Of a stretch of DNA of 64,000 bases, positions 24,991-40,374 are shown piece after piece. Source of the DNA: the human T2T-CHM13v2.0 reference genome, Homo sapiens. Position numbers and translations under genes: made by a program. Positions within the stretch are counted from its first letter, which is position 1. Each line of letters opens with the position of its first letter. A model generated the notes under the pieces. That model searched no databases. It worked only from the letters and a program-made list of their open reading frames with translations, and had not been told where the DNA came from. The stretch is taken from assembly GCF_009914755.1 (NCBI RefSeq), contig NC_060925.1. One strand, 5' to 3'.

Positions 24991-27090
24991 AGGAAATATT
25001 TAAAAAATAAAGGACAGTTACAGAAAAGAAAATGATTCAGGGTCTTGGTGAGAAGAGAGTGGCAAACAATTTCAAATGAGATTTACAAGTGGGCTTCCTG
25101 CAAGTTAATAAAAATATCTGCATAGGCCAAATCCTATCTTTGGTTTGAGCTAAATGTACTTCCTTTGGTGCCGATAGAAGAAAGAGAAGGCCAATGATGA
25201 AGCTGAAATTACATGCCATAACCTCCTCAGAAATACTGCAGGCTGGTGGCTATAACTATATAAAGGGCTCTATGTAGTCTCAGAATGAAAAAGAACTATG
25301 TGTCTCCATTCTATTTCTGTCCTTACAAATTTCTGATTATTTTTTGCAGCTATTTAAGAAAAATTTGATATTGTTGTTGTCTAAGCACATTTAAACTTCA
25401 GTTGAAATAACTGCCAAGTGATTCATGCCTATGTAGGTGAATATAACGATTGTATCTGGAGCCCCAGTGCGCCATTTTCATTTCACTTTAAATAAAAAAC
25501 AAAATGTATCTATGTCAGTCAGTGCCCTTCTGCTGTACTCAGAGGTATCAAACAGGCTACAATTATGATTGTGAAGTGATTGTGTCACATTGGAGGAAGG
25601 TTTATTGCTTTTGAGTCTGCTAGGCAGTAACACATTCTGTTTCATATTACTCTTTATATCATTGTTTGGCTGTGACTAGAATAATCAGATGCCATCAAAT
25701 GCTGTCAAATTCAATTTACAGTATTTTTCATTGAAGCGGGCTTTCTGCATTATATTTCCTGTTTTCCCTCTCTATAGCTGCCATGGAATAGGCACTGTAA
25801 TCACGAGCTTTATTTACAAAACCAACAGAGTGAAGCCACGTCCTGGTCTATAACAGATACTCTATTTCCCTTTATTCTGAATAGGAATTTGATGTGCTTT
25901 ACTCATGCAATTAGCATTAAGTGGATGAAAGAAAACTATTTCAAGAGGGTGGACATTTTAGAGCCTGCACTAATGTGCTTAGCGTAAAATGGAAATTCAC
26001 ATTAACCATTTTTACGTGTTCATGTGTTTTTGAATCAGAAATATTATTCTTCAAATTAATGTTTGCTGAGAAGAAATTTGGCTTGTTCATTTTTGGTAAT
26101 GTCATTTACATAACCAGAAATGCAATAATACTTTCTCCTTTCGTAATTTTTTTCTATAAGCCCTTAGCTCATCACTGAAGACTGATGTGAATCAAAGGAT
26201 TTCAATATCTAAAGTTATAAGAGGAGCCTAAGTAAGTTTCACTAAGTTTCCAGGGCATAGGACCAAATAAGGGAAGGCCTGAGGCTGCTAGAGACACTAA
26301 CAAAGGATGTTGAAGAGGTGCGGGGTATGAGGATCTGAGAAGAAGGGTGTTCTGCTTTGTACGCTAAAGGAAATACATTGCTTTCAGAATGGGATTGGGT
26401 TTTTCAATCTGCAAGTCCTGTATGTCTACCAATGATTGTATTTTCTGTCTTAAGTAGCAAGCCATCAGTTGACAGGTTATTTGCCCCCTTGGCTCTTTGC
26501 ATTGTACTTTCTACTCACCTCCCCTCACTTTCTCTATTTTTTCTCTTCTTCTCTCCCTCCCTCCATCTCTCCCTCATTCTCTTCCTTTGCCTGCTCCTTC
26601 TCCTCCTCATTCATTATTTATTTAAAGAATACATTAATTTAAAGCAATGTTCATGTTGATCTGGTGAAGACTAGATCAGAGAGCAAAATATCCTTCAAAC
26701 CAAAATGTTCATAGTGTATCTCTCTCTTCCATTATTTTCTCTCTCTCTCTCTCAATCTCTCTTTGTCTCTCTTTTTCCTCAATCTTTCTCTTCCTCTCTT
26801 CCCTATTGTCTCTTTTCTTTATTTTAGGTAGGTACACTTAATAAATTCTGCACATGATGGAACAAGTTGCTATAACACCATCTAACCAGTGGAGTGGAGG
26901 CTCATTAAAACAGAAGGAAAACTGGAGAGGAGAGCCCCTTTTTCTGCTTATGAAAAGCACCATCTTTGGAGGAGGAGAAAAAACTTTTTAATCTCTACAT
27001 AATAATTAATGAGAAATATTAGAATTCTTGTCTTGTATCTGGTTTCCTCTCTGGAAAGACTATGTTTTCTTGGTCAGTGAGCTGCTTAAG

Positions 27091-27425
27091 CAGTGGTCCC
27101 CAAACTTTTTGGCACCAGGGACTGGTTTTGTGGAAGACAATTTTTCTACACACTGGGGCAATGCAGTTAGGGTGTACGGTTTCAAGATGAAATTATTCCA
27201 CCTCAGATCATCAGGCATTAGATTCTGATAAGGAAGGCACAACCTAGATCCCCCACATGCGCAGTTCACAATAGGGTTTGGACTCCTGTGAGTATCTAAT
27301 GCCACCACTAATCTGACAGGAGGTGAAGCTCCGGTGGTAATGCTTGCTCACCAGCCACTCACCTGCTGTGTGGCCCGGTTCCTAACAGGCCGCGGACTCT
27401 GTGGCCTGGGGGTTAGGAACCCCTG
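27091..27425 (+). mobile_element. MER1B (hAT-Charlie) DNA transposon
   Basis: Ends 'cagtggtccccaaac' and 'gttaggaacccctg'; internal 'ccacctcagatcatcaggcattagattct'. Confidence 0.88.
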
Positions 27426-27750
27426 CTTTAGAGGACTGTTCTGCCCCATCACTAAATATAAGCCTATGTGGGCTATAAGGTCTCAGTTTTCAAACAGATC
27501 TCAATCAAAAATGTTATATGGCAGTTATGGCTTTTTTCCTTGGTTAATTTGTAAAAGTTTGAGCACCAGTCTTAGTCCTCACTGGTAGGTGCTACAAACA
27601 AACAAACAAACATACAAAACAAAACAAAAAAAAACACAACATGAATTCCCATTCATTCTCTTATGGAAATATAAAATGCTCTTGATTCTGCTGTGTTGGA
27701 GCAGTACGCATTCTTAAATAACTAAAAATAATAGTAACAGCCAATCTTAC

Positions 27751-27913
27751 CTGTAAATAAAGTAGTTGATGATGATTCCATTTGGTTTTTCAGGTGGCAT
27801 CCACTTAATCTCTATGCAAGCTGACCCCAGTGCCTTAAGAACAGGAGAATTAAGATCCATTGGGGCTGCTTCAGGTGTTTTGACAAACATCCTACTGCTA
27901 ACTCCACAACTTC
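27751..27913 (-). CDS. USH2A: Usherin coding exon (exon 60, 163 nt, phase 1-2); not in ORF track
   Basis: T12CAAG|GAAGTTGT...TTTACAG|GTAAGA; SCGVSSRMFVKTPEAAPMDLNSPVLKALGSACIEIKWMPPEKPNGIIINYFIY(R). Confidence 0.95.
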
Positions 27914-28789
27914 CTTGAAAAAAAAAAAATTGAGGTCTTTATTATTTTTCAAGCAAGGAAAAGAACTACATATTCATACAGAAGGGTAATGATATCATGA
28001 AAATTATTTTAACCTGTCCTTTTGCATATATACTTGTACATGTGTTTTAAATAAATTTTTATGGGATTTGAACATTTAAATAGAAAATTATTTTTGGAAA
28101 ACCCATTAATTAGTCACATATTTATATAGACATAAACAATAAGGCATATTGTCTGGAAATAAGGAATAATAAGGAAACTTGTCTGAACTCAAGTTTCTCT
28201 AGTTTATTATAGTCATTCTAACCAGAAAGTGATAATGCACTTGAATTTCACAAGTGTATGTGTGACCTACACATCTTGCATGCTTTTAATAATATTTTAT
28301 TTTGCCAATATTTTAAACTCATGAACATTATTCAAACACACAGGAATAAAACAATCTATTTGAAGGATATTGTACCTCCATTGCACAGTTTCAGGGACAC
28401 GGAGATGCAGACGTTGACTTTGTACTTGAGTCAAGAAAACATTAATTTAAAATTATTTTCACGTTTATCAGGTGAAGACAGATCAGAGAAAGCAATACCC
28501 CTCAAACAAAAATGCCATGGTCTATTTTTTAGAGAAAAAAGGACAAACTGACTAGCCATTTCTGATGAGTTCAGCAGAGCAAAATTGCAGACTCATAATT
28601 CTAACCAACTCCATGAGAACTAGCACTATTTGGAAACAGAAATTCCTAAGGACATTCAATACAGGAGTTTCCACTACACATTGAGTCTGATAAATTTCTT
28701 TAAGGTGAAGCAAAATGTTTTTTATACTAAGGTAAGTTACATGTTTTCTTTATTTAGCAAATGAGTATTATACGTTATATAACATATAT

Positions 28790-28870
28790 GATGAGATCAT
28801 ATATATCATATGTTATATATGATATACACATATATCATGTTATATATGATATACACATATATAACATATC
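28790..28870. repeat. AT-rich low-complexity tract with a 27-bp tandem duplication
   Basis: tgttatatatgatatacacatat(atca) repeated; source of the repetitive ORF 'MLYMIYTYIMLYMIYTYI'. Confidence 0.8.
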
Positions 28871-29552
28871 CATATCTGTTAAAGTTTATACTTAATTTAA
28901 AAGAGATAAATAAAATGATGTATAGCTCTCTTGATTCCCTGTTCTCCCCTCCTAAATCACAGTTTACATTTAGCTACTTATCCGTTTGGAGTGATAAAGG
29001 AAATGGGGGAGGCTTTTCCTTAACACAACACAGATACATGAAAATTTCACTGACCACAGCCTAAGCCATGAAACACAAGGTGATAGTTTGTATATATGAA
29101 TAGGGTTCAAGGAAGCACTATAAAATATATAGGATTCATTTGGGTGTAATTCAACTCTTAAATAACTTCTCACTTCCTCCTCCTGGATAAAATTTAAATA
29201 AGGCCAAGGTAAATATGTTTTCTATGAAATATTTGGAATACTCATTTTTGTTTTATATTACCAAAGACTCCTTTATGTGAGCTAGGTGTTTTTCTTTCAA
29301 AGGGCCTTATAAAACAAGACTTTGCAAAACCACCATTTTAATATATTTAAATATTTATGATTTAATGTGCAGAAATGCATAATGCTTTACTCGATGCCAG
29401 ACTGTGATTTTTCTGGGTAAACAGTCCACTACAAATAAGAAGTGAAACGTTAGTCTTTATATTTGGACTGAGAATGTATTCCTTTTTAATGAAATTTTTT
29501 AATGAAATACTTTTTCATAAAAGCCCAGGCCAAGTGTCTGAAAGACTTTCAC

Positions 29553-29711
29553 CATTTTGACATGCTTGTATCCTTATCTCATACTGTGTGAATGGAGTCA
29601 AATTTTCCAGAAGGGTGGATTGATGATGACCAACGGAGAAGGCCAGAGGTGTTACACTTCCATCATTGAGTAAGACATTGTACTCCACAGGAATTTCGGG
29701 GATGAGGATCC
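29553..29711 (-). CDS. USH2A: Usherin coding exon (exon 59, 159 nt, phase 1-1); not in ORF track
   Basis: (TC)9TTTAAAG|GGATCCTC...CAAAATG|GTGAAA; manual translation ILIPEIPVEYNVLLNDGSVTPLAFSVGHHQSTLLENLTPFTQYEIRIQACQN(G). Confidence 0.95.
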
Positions 29712-29718
29712 CTTTAAA

Positions 29719-29747
29719 GAGAGAGAGAGAGAGAGAACATTAAAAAC

Positions 29748-29802
<55 letters not shown>

Positions 29803-29852
29803 GACACACATATATATATAAATAAATATATATAGACACACATATATATATA
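29719..29852. repeat. Compound (GA)9-(TA)n-(TG)n-(TA)n microsatellite abutting the exon 59 acceptor
   Basis: Seen directly. Confidence 0.92.
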
Positions 29853-29920
29853 AATAAAACAGAATGGGCAACAAATGTTTGTCTTTTAAAAATAATGTCT
29901 ATTTAAAATTTTGTAATTGA

Positions 29921-30235
<315 letters not shown>

Positions 30236-31279
30236 TTAATATAGCAATTAAAAGCTTCACAAAAGTTAAGTTGGCAAATATTAGATTGTGTATTCCAAAA
30301 GTAAGAAATGTACATAATCTATTTTTAAAAGCATAATATTTCTATTTAAAGATATACTCTATTGGCAAATAAAAATGAAGGCACATTTCACTTAAAACAT
30401 ATAAGGCAATTATGCTGTCCTATATTTTTTCTAGGTTTACTTACTTTTAAAGTTCATAGAAAACAACACCAATTTTGCTTGTGACAATAATTTTTCTGTA
30501 GAGCATTGTGTATGCCTCCTGTCTGACATGGATCCTTGACATAGCCCATGAAATATCCAAATCATGGTCTACCTAGAGAATTCCCAGTGCATTAATTATT
30601 GGGCCAGGACAGTTCACTGTCAGTGAGACTTATGGCCCTAAATACAGCGAAAATTTGGGTTCAACAATTGTCATTTTTCACCATTCCTTCCTAAAGAAAG
30701 TAGGTCTTGTCAGTTTAGCCTCGTCAAAGTCTATTTATATAATTAAATGCTTGTTAAGTTTTATTTGGTCATGAACAACAGGCATACTTTTTCAAGGAGA
30801 GGATATGAGTTTTGAATGAAGAATATAATGGCATTTTCTATTACATTGTCTCCTTGATCTGAGAGTTTTTAACATTTATGAGTTTAGTTATTTACTTCTG
30901 TAGTACCCACATAAGTCTATCTTTACTTTAGAAACAGTGGAATCTAGAGATAACATTACTGAGGAAGCACAGGACTCAATGACCTAAGAGAGATGAGGTC
31001 TAAAGAATGAAATGTGGTTTTGCTTTTTATAGATGTGGCCTCTGTATTTACAGAGTGGAAGAGCTGGTACAAACCAAAGATGCTCAGGATTTTGTGTAGG
31101 ATAGATGAAAAAGAGGTGTCTGAAGGAGATATTGATCATCTTCAGAAGTACTGATCAATTGCTTCCTCAGGAAAGGTGCTAGATTGCGTTAAATTTGGCA
31201 GCTTAGACTGAGAATGTTTATTTTAAATTTAGAGCATCATGGCTAAACTATCTGGTACATTTATTCTAGTAGGTTAAAC

Positions 31280-32150
31280 TACTAACATTCTATCATTGAT
31301 TCCTAAACTCTTATCTCTAGCTTTCTATCTTTCCGGTATTACAGCTTTGTATTTTCAACAGCCTGCTAGGTATTTCTACATGGATATTCCTCAGAGGCCA
31401 CGATCTCAACAATTCTAAAACAGAACTAGCTGTATTTTCCACTCCCAAACCTGTTCTTTTTCCTAGGTTTCCTCTTTCAGTAAGTCATAATACCATCTTC
31501 CCATTTTCCTAGGATGGAAATCTTAGAGTAAGACTTTTAGAGTGGATCCTGCCTTCTTCACTCCAAAACTCAAGTGACTACTAAATTTTATCAATTAATT
31601 CTTTGAGAAATTTGGGCTTCATATATAATCAGCAACAAGGAGACTTTGCAGGTATAAATAAGAAAATAAGAGTCTACCTATATTTTAGAATGATAACACT
31701 GTTGGGAAATGAATAGTGGCTTAAAAACATGAGAGACAAGACATAGGGAAACCAGTTTGAAAGTCTTACAATGTTTGCAGAAGTAGTACAAACAAGAGTC
31801 ATTTCAATGCATCCCTGTGTTATGCCAGGCAACACGCATTATCCCATTTAATACTACTAGAATGTCAACCGTACAAATTAGGACTTTGTTTTCTCCAATG
31901 TGGTTCCACTGCCTAGACTTTAGCACAAAGTAGCAGCTCAATAAATGTTAGCTGATTGAATGAATGAACGAACCCTCAAGACAATACTGCATGGTAAATA
32001 TTACTATTTTTTAAGATGAGAAAACTAAAACTCAGAGAAGTTAAATAACTTGTTCCAGATTGCACACTGATTAATTGGAGAAGCAAGGACTTGAACTTAG
32101 GCCCATCTGATATCAACACTTATATCAATATACTTATGCTTTTCCTTGAT
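31280..32150. mobile_element. Cluster of L2 and MIR relics
   Basis: L2 motifs 'caacagcctgctaggtatttctacatggatattc', 'gctcaataaatgttagctgattgaatgaatgaa'; MIR core 'gatgagaaaactaaaactcagagaagttaaataacttg'. Confidence 0.65.
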
Positions 32151-32417
32151 AATGGAGTCTTAGAGTAGGACAACTTGGGGAAAAATGACAAGATAGGTTT
32201 GAGAAAATTTGTGCAGTAAGGCAGAGCCATTCTTGGAGACTATTCCGAAGCAAGGAAACAAATGATGGATAAGTAAAAATCATTACTGATGGAACAAGCA
32301 TATTATAGGTAGAAATTTAAAGTTCTGCAGACCAAGTATCCCAACCTGAAATACACCTGCTTTGGAGGTTTGTGGGCTCATGTCAAAGTATATTCAAAGA
32401 CAGGAACAAACATAGTA

Positions 32418-33211
32418 CCGTAGGTCCTCGAATAATGTTTTCATTCAACATTGTTTCATTAATATTTATGAGGAAAAAAATTGATTCCCAGCTGGAGCCA
32501 CTGTCTATGTGAAATTTACACATTCTCCCCATGTCTGCGTGGTTTCTTTATGGGTACTCTGGATTTTTCCCATATCCTAAAGATGTTTCCATTAAATTAA
32601 TTGGTGTGTCTGAATGGTCCTAGTCTGAGCGAGTGTGGGTGTGTGTGTGTGCCCTGTAACGGAATGGTCTTGAGCTGCCTGGTTAGGCCCTGGCCACCCC
32701 AACCCTGAACTGGAAAAGGTGTGTCAGAAAATGAATGAATGAATGAATAATTGTAAAGTAAAGATTCATTAAGTGTGTTACTATCATATAGATGCATAAT
32801 AATAAATAATGCTGTACAAAAGCCTTCTGTGAGCTTGCCCTACTTGCGATTGTTTTTACTAGTGCATGGTGGTAAGAAGAATTTCTTCTAATTTCTGCTC
32901 AAAAACATTTATCCCTATGGCTGTTGTCACTCGCTGACTTGCCAAAACTTAGGTTAAAAATGATCTTACTTGTTTCTATTAATCTTTCTTAAATGTATGT
33001 ATAGCTCATATTTATTTCAGTTTAATATTAGAAGTGTTTTGGTCTTTCTTTGATGATATTTAGTTTGGTGACGTTTTTGTGACCACAAATATTCCTTGCA
33101 ACTTAAATCTTGCTTATATCAACTAGCCTAAGGTAAAATTGGTTTCCTTATATATCTTTTGACTCAAAATTGCAGTTTCCAAGAACCTATCATGACCTTA
33201 AGGACTTACTG
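32418..33211 (+). mobile_element. MER6 (TcMar-Tigger) DNA transposon, near full length
   Basis: Starts ta|ccgtaggtcctcgaataa, ends gacttactg|tg; internal 'cacattctccccatgtctgcgtggtttctttatgggtactctgg'. Confidence 0.8.
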
Positions 33212-34229
33212 TGCCTTTTTTTGGAGTATCACTTTGATATGGAAAATTTGGGAAACACAGGATTTCCCTGTTTGAGGAAGGGGAACCAGCAGAATCCCCG
33301 TTTCTTTGTTCACAAAAATTGGGTGTGAATTTTTCTTTCTAAAAGTTCAAGATTAGAGAATTGTATGTATGGTGAGTGATTAGAATTTTTGCTAGCCAAT
33401 TGTAGAGTTGAAGACTCTGTAGTCACCACAGAATGAACCAACTGTAGGACACAAGAAAATGTTTATGCTGATGTGCCAGTGTGCTGAACAAGTATAACTG
33501 TTCATACTGTAACCAAAGGACAATGTAATGTTAGTCTCTCGCTATTGCTTTAAAGTGAACTCAATGTGGATTTTCTACCCTAGACATGGGATGAAAAGTT
33601 GGCCTGACCCATGACACTTCCACTTTGTTTCAGGTAATAAAGAGTTCTATACTATTTTTCTCCATAAAGAAACAGGAAAAGATATCATAACAAAAATTAA
33701 ATGCCTAAAAAATAACTTTATTTTTCTCTTTACTGGTATGGTGAATACACATAATAGGCCTATTTAAAGGCTATTCTTCGAGGCCTAATTCACCACTCCA
33801 CGACAAAACTGGCAGTTTTTACTGCTCTCAACAAGACTGCAATAATTAAAATGAAATTTGAGAGCTGGATAAGGAGAATTGATTATAGAGACCATTTGAG
33901 ACTCAGTTCATTAATGGATGAGAAAAATTTAAGTACTGTGCCAGAGGTAAAATAAAAAGTAATATAATCAGGTTTCTTCTTCCTCTCCGCAAAAAGTATT
34001 TTTTGGAGGGTGTTGCTTGAGGTGGTAAGAGAGATTGAAGAAGGAATCGGGGACCCTCTCAGTTTGCAATTTGACCTTCAGCAGGAGGATATGCTGATAG
34101 AAATTTCCATCCAGAGTATCCTAGAATGACAAAGCATTCCATATCACATTTTGGGCATTTCTCCCTATTGTTACCCTGCCATAACAGTAAAGCAGTGAGG
34201 AATAAAAGGCTGTTGTTTGAAGCCACAGG

Positions 34230-34524
<295 letters not shown>

Positions 34525-34612
34525 GTTTTGTTTTGTTTTTGAGACGAAGTCTTGCTTTGCCACCAGGCTGGAGTGCAGTGGCATGATCTTGGTTCACTGC
34601 AACCTCTGCCTC
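34525..34612 (-). mobile_element. Short 3' fragment of an older Alu that hosts the Yb element in its tail
   Basis: 'gagacgaagtcttgc...cactgcaacctctgcctc'; putative TSD tgaagccaca 34218-34227 / tgaacccaca 34617-34626. Confidence 0.8.
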
Positions 34613-35049
34613 ACGGTGAACCCACATATTTATGACAAAATGAAGAGGGGAAGAATTGCCGGGACCTTGAACCTGTTATTGGGCTTAGTTTTCTTTAGAT
34701 CTTCCTAATATCATGAAATATAACAGCATTATCACTCTTTAGCCAATGAGATTAGTAGAAAATGTTTTCCCAAATGATAAGTTGTATAATATATTATTTT
34801 TTGGATGAAGACAAACACTGGAATACAATGGCAAATTTACATGAATTTTTAAGATAAAAAGCAAGACCTTAAAGAAACTGCAAGCTAATGATGATTGCTT
34901 CAGGCTCTGTTTTCAGACCTCCTGGGATTGCATATTCATCCTGTCTTCTTTGTTCCTAGGACAGTTCTTGCAGAAAAGTTTGACAGACACACATTCATAA
35001 GAAACATGCCATCATTCTTGTTGAACTAGACAAACCACAGAGTGGTGTC

Positions 35050-35250
35050 AGATAGATCAAATCCTTCTGCTGCCCTTATTTCCCAAGCGACCACTGGCAA
35101 ATTAACTAACCTCTATGGATGTTGTCTCTTCATGTGTAAAATGATGATACTAATAGCTACCTCATAGAGAGTTGTGAGGATTAAATTAGAAAATATCTGT
35201 AAGCCTTTCAATATATTCCCATAACATAGAAAGTACTTAATAAATGGCTG
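35050..35250 (+). mobile_element. MIR relic
   Basis: 'tgtaaaatgatgatactaatagctacctcatagagagttgtgaggattaaa'. Confidence 0.75.
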
Positions 35251-38200
35251 ACATCTCTACAAGACAAAATGGAACAAAATGAAATAAAGAACAAAAAACA
35301 ACTATGGCACTGTTTCCATGTGCCCTCAAACACTTTTGAATCCATCTTTCATATAAAGTTGCTATTCCAACTACAAATAAATGTTACATTCATTCAAGTT
35401 AATGTCTTTGTAACACTATTTTGTTATCTAGTTTTATTTTTTATGTGTACTTGGATATGATCAAATTGCATTCCTACGAAAATACTGTATTATTCATTCT
35501 TAGCAGTAATTTGGAGTGGCGTTCCCTCCAATTCATCTGAGGTTGTTTTACTTTATGTCTTCAGTCTGTACCTACTGTTCTGCTTCCAGGCCTTGCATCC
35601 TTCAAGAAGTAACTTCTGTTATAAAAAGGACAGGACTCCCAGAGGATGAAGGAACAAAACTGTGCTTCTACCGCATGTCAAATATAAACATAATCTTAAT
35701 CCAGATTTAAACATGGCTAGCCAAACCATGAGCATAGAAAATGTATTTTTCACCTCTTCATTAATTGGAAATAAATGTCCTTTACATATACCTATGAGGT
35801 GCTGAAACAGAAAATGCTCCTCTAAGCTGTGAACACGTAAAACACTGGCATGCATTTAGGAAAGTGGGCCCCCTCCACTATCATAATTTCCAGGACTGTG
35901 ACACGAAAGTCTCTGGTGTTCCTACAAACCCTATACCATCTGCAATGAGTCTGAAATGACTGAGCCCCCTGGTATTCTGATGACTAAATGAAATGAAATG
36001 GGCATATTTGTTAAAGTCAGCTGGGAAGCCACACGACTTGGTTAGTTCCTGAGTTCATAAATTTATGTCAGAGCAAGAGGAGCAGTGGAAGCTCAAGTGA
36101 ACCAATTTACCCTAAGTGCAAATGGCAGTTTTGTTATTTGGTGTCAAAGTTACCAGTCGCACAATGACAAGCTGCCATAACACATTTTCTTGTTCACTAA
36201 AGAACAAGGATTTCGTTGGTTAATATTCCTTGCAATGCTCCTTTTCATAATTTACAACAACTAGATGCTGATAGGTTATTTAACATTTATGAAGTTAAGA
36301 TGTAATCAGAAAAACCCTGATTATCTTTACAAATAAAAAAGTTAAATTATTCAACTTTTTTTTCTCCATGGCTTCATTTCACAGCAGGTGCATACTTTAC
36401 AATGGGACAAGTCAATCAATAATCCTTTTTAAGTCTTTTTTTAGGAGCTGGAACAGGAAAAATTCTAAGAGGAAAAACTATTAATTCGGTTTGATAGAGG
36501 CATTTGTTTCAAAACACTTGGTTGCACTTAACATGGTGCTTTTAACAAATCGAGCTAAATTCTCCACTGTATAGGTAGGGAAACCTTGATTAGGCCTTTT
36601 TGGGGGAACAGAAGTAAAACGGGACCCTCTTGAACTCATTCATACCAATTGTATGGAAATTTAACATTGGTTGTATAATAGTTATCATTTATGTCTTTTC
36701 TACCTTACTAGATGGTAGGGTTCCTGACAAGAGGGACAGTGTCTCATTCCTCTTTGTAACTTTTAGGGTGTCCAGCATCATGTTTTGCCCCTGAGTGGGG
36801 CTCAGAAATAATTTCCACGTTAGTTAAATGACTAGAGGAATCAATATACCCAAAGGCAAATGAATTACATCTCATGAAGTTTTGAGCCACAAATAAAATT
36901 ATTCTATTGGGTTACTGGGTCGACTGATCCTGAATTACATTGTCCTCATTCATACTTCCTATATATAAAGCAAAAATCAGTTTTTTAGCTTTTAAATGGG
37001 ATTACAGTAGAACTCATGAAAAATCATTTGCTTTCCGCACGTTTAGGTGGAAAAATATTGAGAAAATATAGAATAGTAGTTTTGAGTCAGACTTGGACTC
37101 ACACCCATGAGGGTCAGCCCTGCTCTGACACCTGCTTGAAGAATAACCTAGAGAAAATAGCTTGGAGTGTCTAAATTGACCTTTTTCATTAGTAAAATGA
37201 GCAAAACAATAGGACATACTATATTAAGTTATTATGAACACTAAATGAGATATATGTTAATCTCTTAGCAAAATGCCTAGCATATATTAAAGCTCAGTAA
37301 TGAAAGATACATTTTAAAATATCCAAAATAAAATACAAACCACTGAAGTGAGTTTCACATTTTCTTCTGAAACTCACCACTCCTTGTCATTTGGTTATTG
37401 CATTTATAAGTTAAGAAAAGTGAAACAACTGTCAATGTTGAATCATCCCAATTAATGTAATGTGAATCCTTTAGAAAGATTAATGTAAATTTTGACTTTA
37501 AATGCATAGTATCTGAAATAATACACTGCAGCTGATGAGTTAACTGAATGCCAAGATGTCTAATGTCCATAAATAGACCATATTATGGCCAGCTAACCTT
37601 TAATCAAAATGATAAATAAAAAAATTTGTATTTCTAGAGCAATATTAATAAAAATTATTTATCAGTAGAATTCTTGCTAATTCCTTCTTTAATGGAGTAA
37701 GATATTAATGTTAAAGGAAAAGCACCAGTATTTCTACATTGTACGTTAAACCTAAATGACTCACCATCCTTAGTGAGAAAAAGTATGTGTTAAATGCAAT
37801 GGCATTGTTAATTAGAACATGATTAAGGGCTAGAACAGTTCAAAATATAGTCATCATCTCGATAAATTAGAAAGACTCATTATTACCTTCAGAGTTTAAA
37901 TAATTTTGAATGTTTAGATTCTTAAACAGCAGGGATATCTATCTCCATTGTCATTCTGAGTAAACCACTTATGTTCCATGAAGCATTTGCTATTTAATTT
38001 TCCATAATTTTTCACCTATTAAGGTAACATATATCCTTTGCTCTCTTTAATATAAATGTTCTCTTTAATATGAATACAAAAGTCCTGACCCAATGTTGAG
38101 AGCTGGTAAAAGGTGAGAGGGAATGCTTAGGAATAATCTAAGGTTGTTTACATTACCTAAAGGTTCAAACAATAATGGAGTTTTACCATGCCATCTCATT

Positions 38201-39095
38201 TACTTCATATAACAATATAAGGTAGGCATTTAATTTCTCCTTGTACAGATGAGAAACCTGAATTTGAGAAACATTGTGCAGCTTGCCCAAGGCCAGAGGA
38301 CAACTAAATAGTGAAGCCCATTCCATGTTAGAAAACAATACCACCTTTTCTGAAAGGTGAAAAAATTGCACATCCATAAGACAAGATGCAGTCTTTGGAA
38401 AATATGTGTATGTGCTCTGTTTGTCATTAAAGAAGAAATGTCTCTCTCTCTCTGTCTCTCTGCCTCTCTCTCTCTTTGTGTGTATGTCTCTGTTTAAGAT
38501 TAAGTTAATGTAGACGAAGGATGACTTTAAGAGAAAATCAAATGTTTGAGTAATTTTAAATGGCAGGATATCCACAATTTACATTTGACTGCATAATAAA
38601 TTGTGGAGGCTCGCTCACCATTGTGTTCCTCCATTAATTCAGCAAAATTTTTATAAGGATATGTTGTTTGTATGTCACCTGATTTAGAGGTTCAAATGAT
38701 ACACAAAAGGCTAGAGATCTTGATTTTCTAGAGCTTAGAGTGTTTTGGTAATGTTACTACTGACATTTATCAAGAAAGAATAAGGTAAAGTGGATGAAGG
38801 TTTACATGGGAGACAGGGGAATATTTACCAAGGCTTTAAAATAGAATTTGGATGATCTCTTTACAGCAATTTGAGAAGTGACTCTCCTCCCCTCCCACCT
38901 AACTAAAATCTTCCTACACCTGGAATCTGGTTTTAAGTCACGTCTATTCCTTCTAGAATGTGTAGGTAAAGCTTTCTGGTTACTACTTCCTTCACGCTGC
39001 AAAAAGTCATTGTTGCAATGTGGATATTTTCCCTTCAGGGGCTCACCACTTCCACAAATAATTCTTCTGGTTTTGATGCCCCCAGTAAAATATTA

Positions 39096-40208
<1,113 letters not shown>

Positions 40209-40374
40209 TATTCTCCCAGAATCATTTGGTTTTCACCAACACCCAGCTCTGTTTCTTGGCCCTCTGGGCTACTATTTCAAACATCATAGTTGATCCATCA
40301 TAAATCTGAGAGACTTTGGTCAAGAAATGAAAAGTCGATTTGGATTTAAGGGTTAAGCCAAAGACAGAAAGGAA

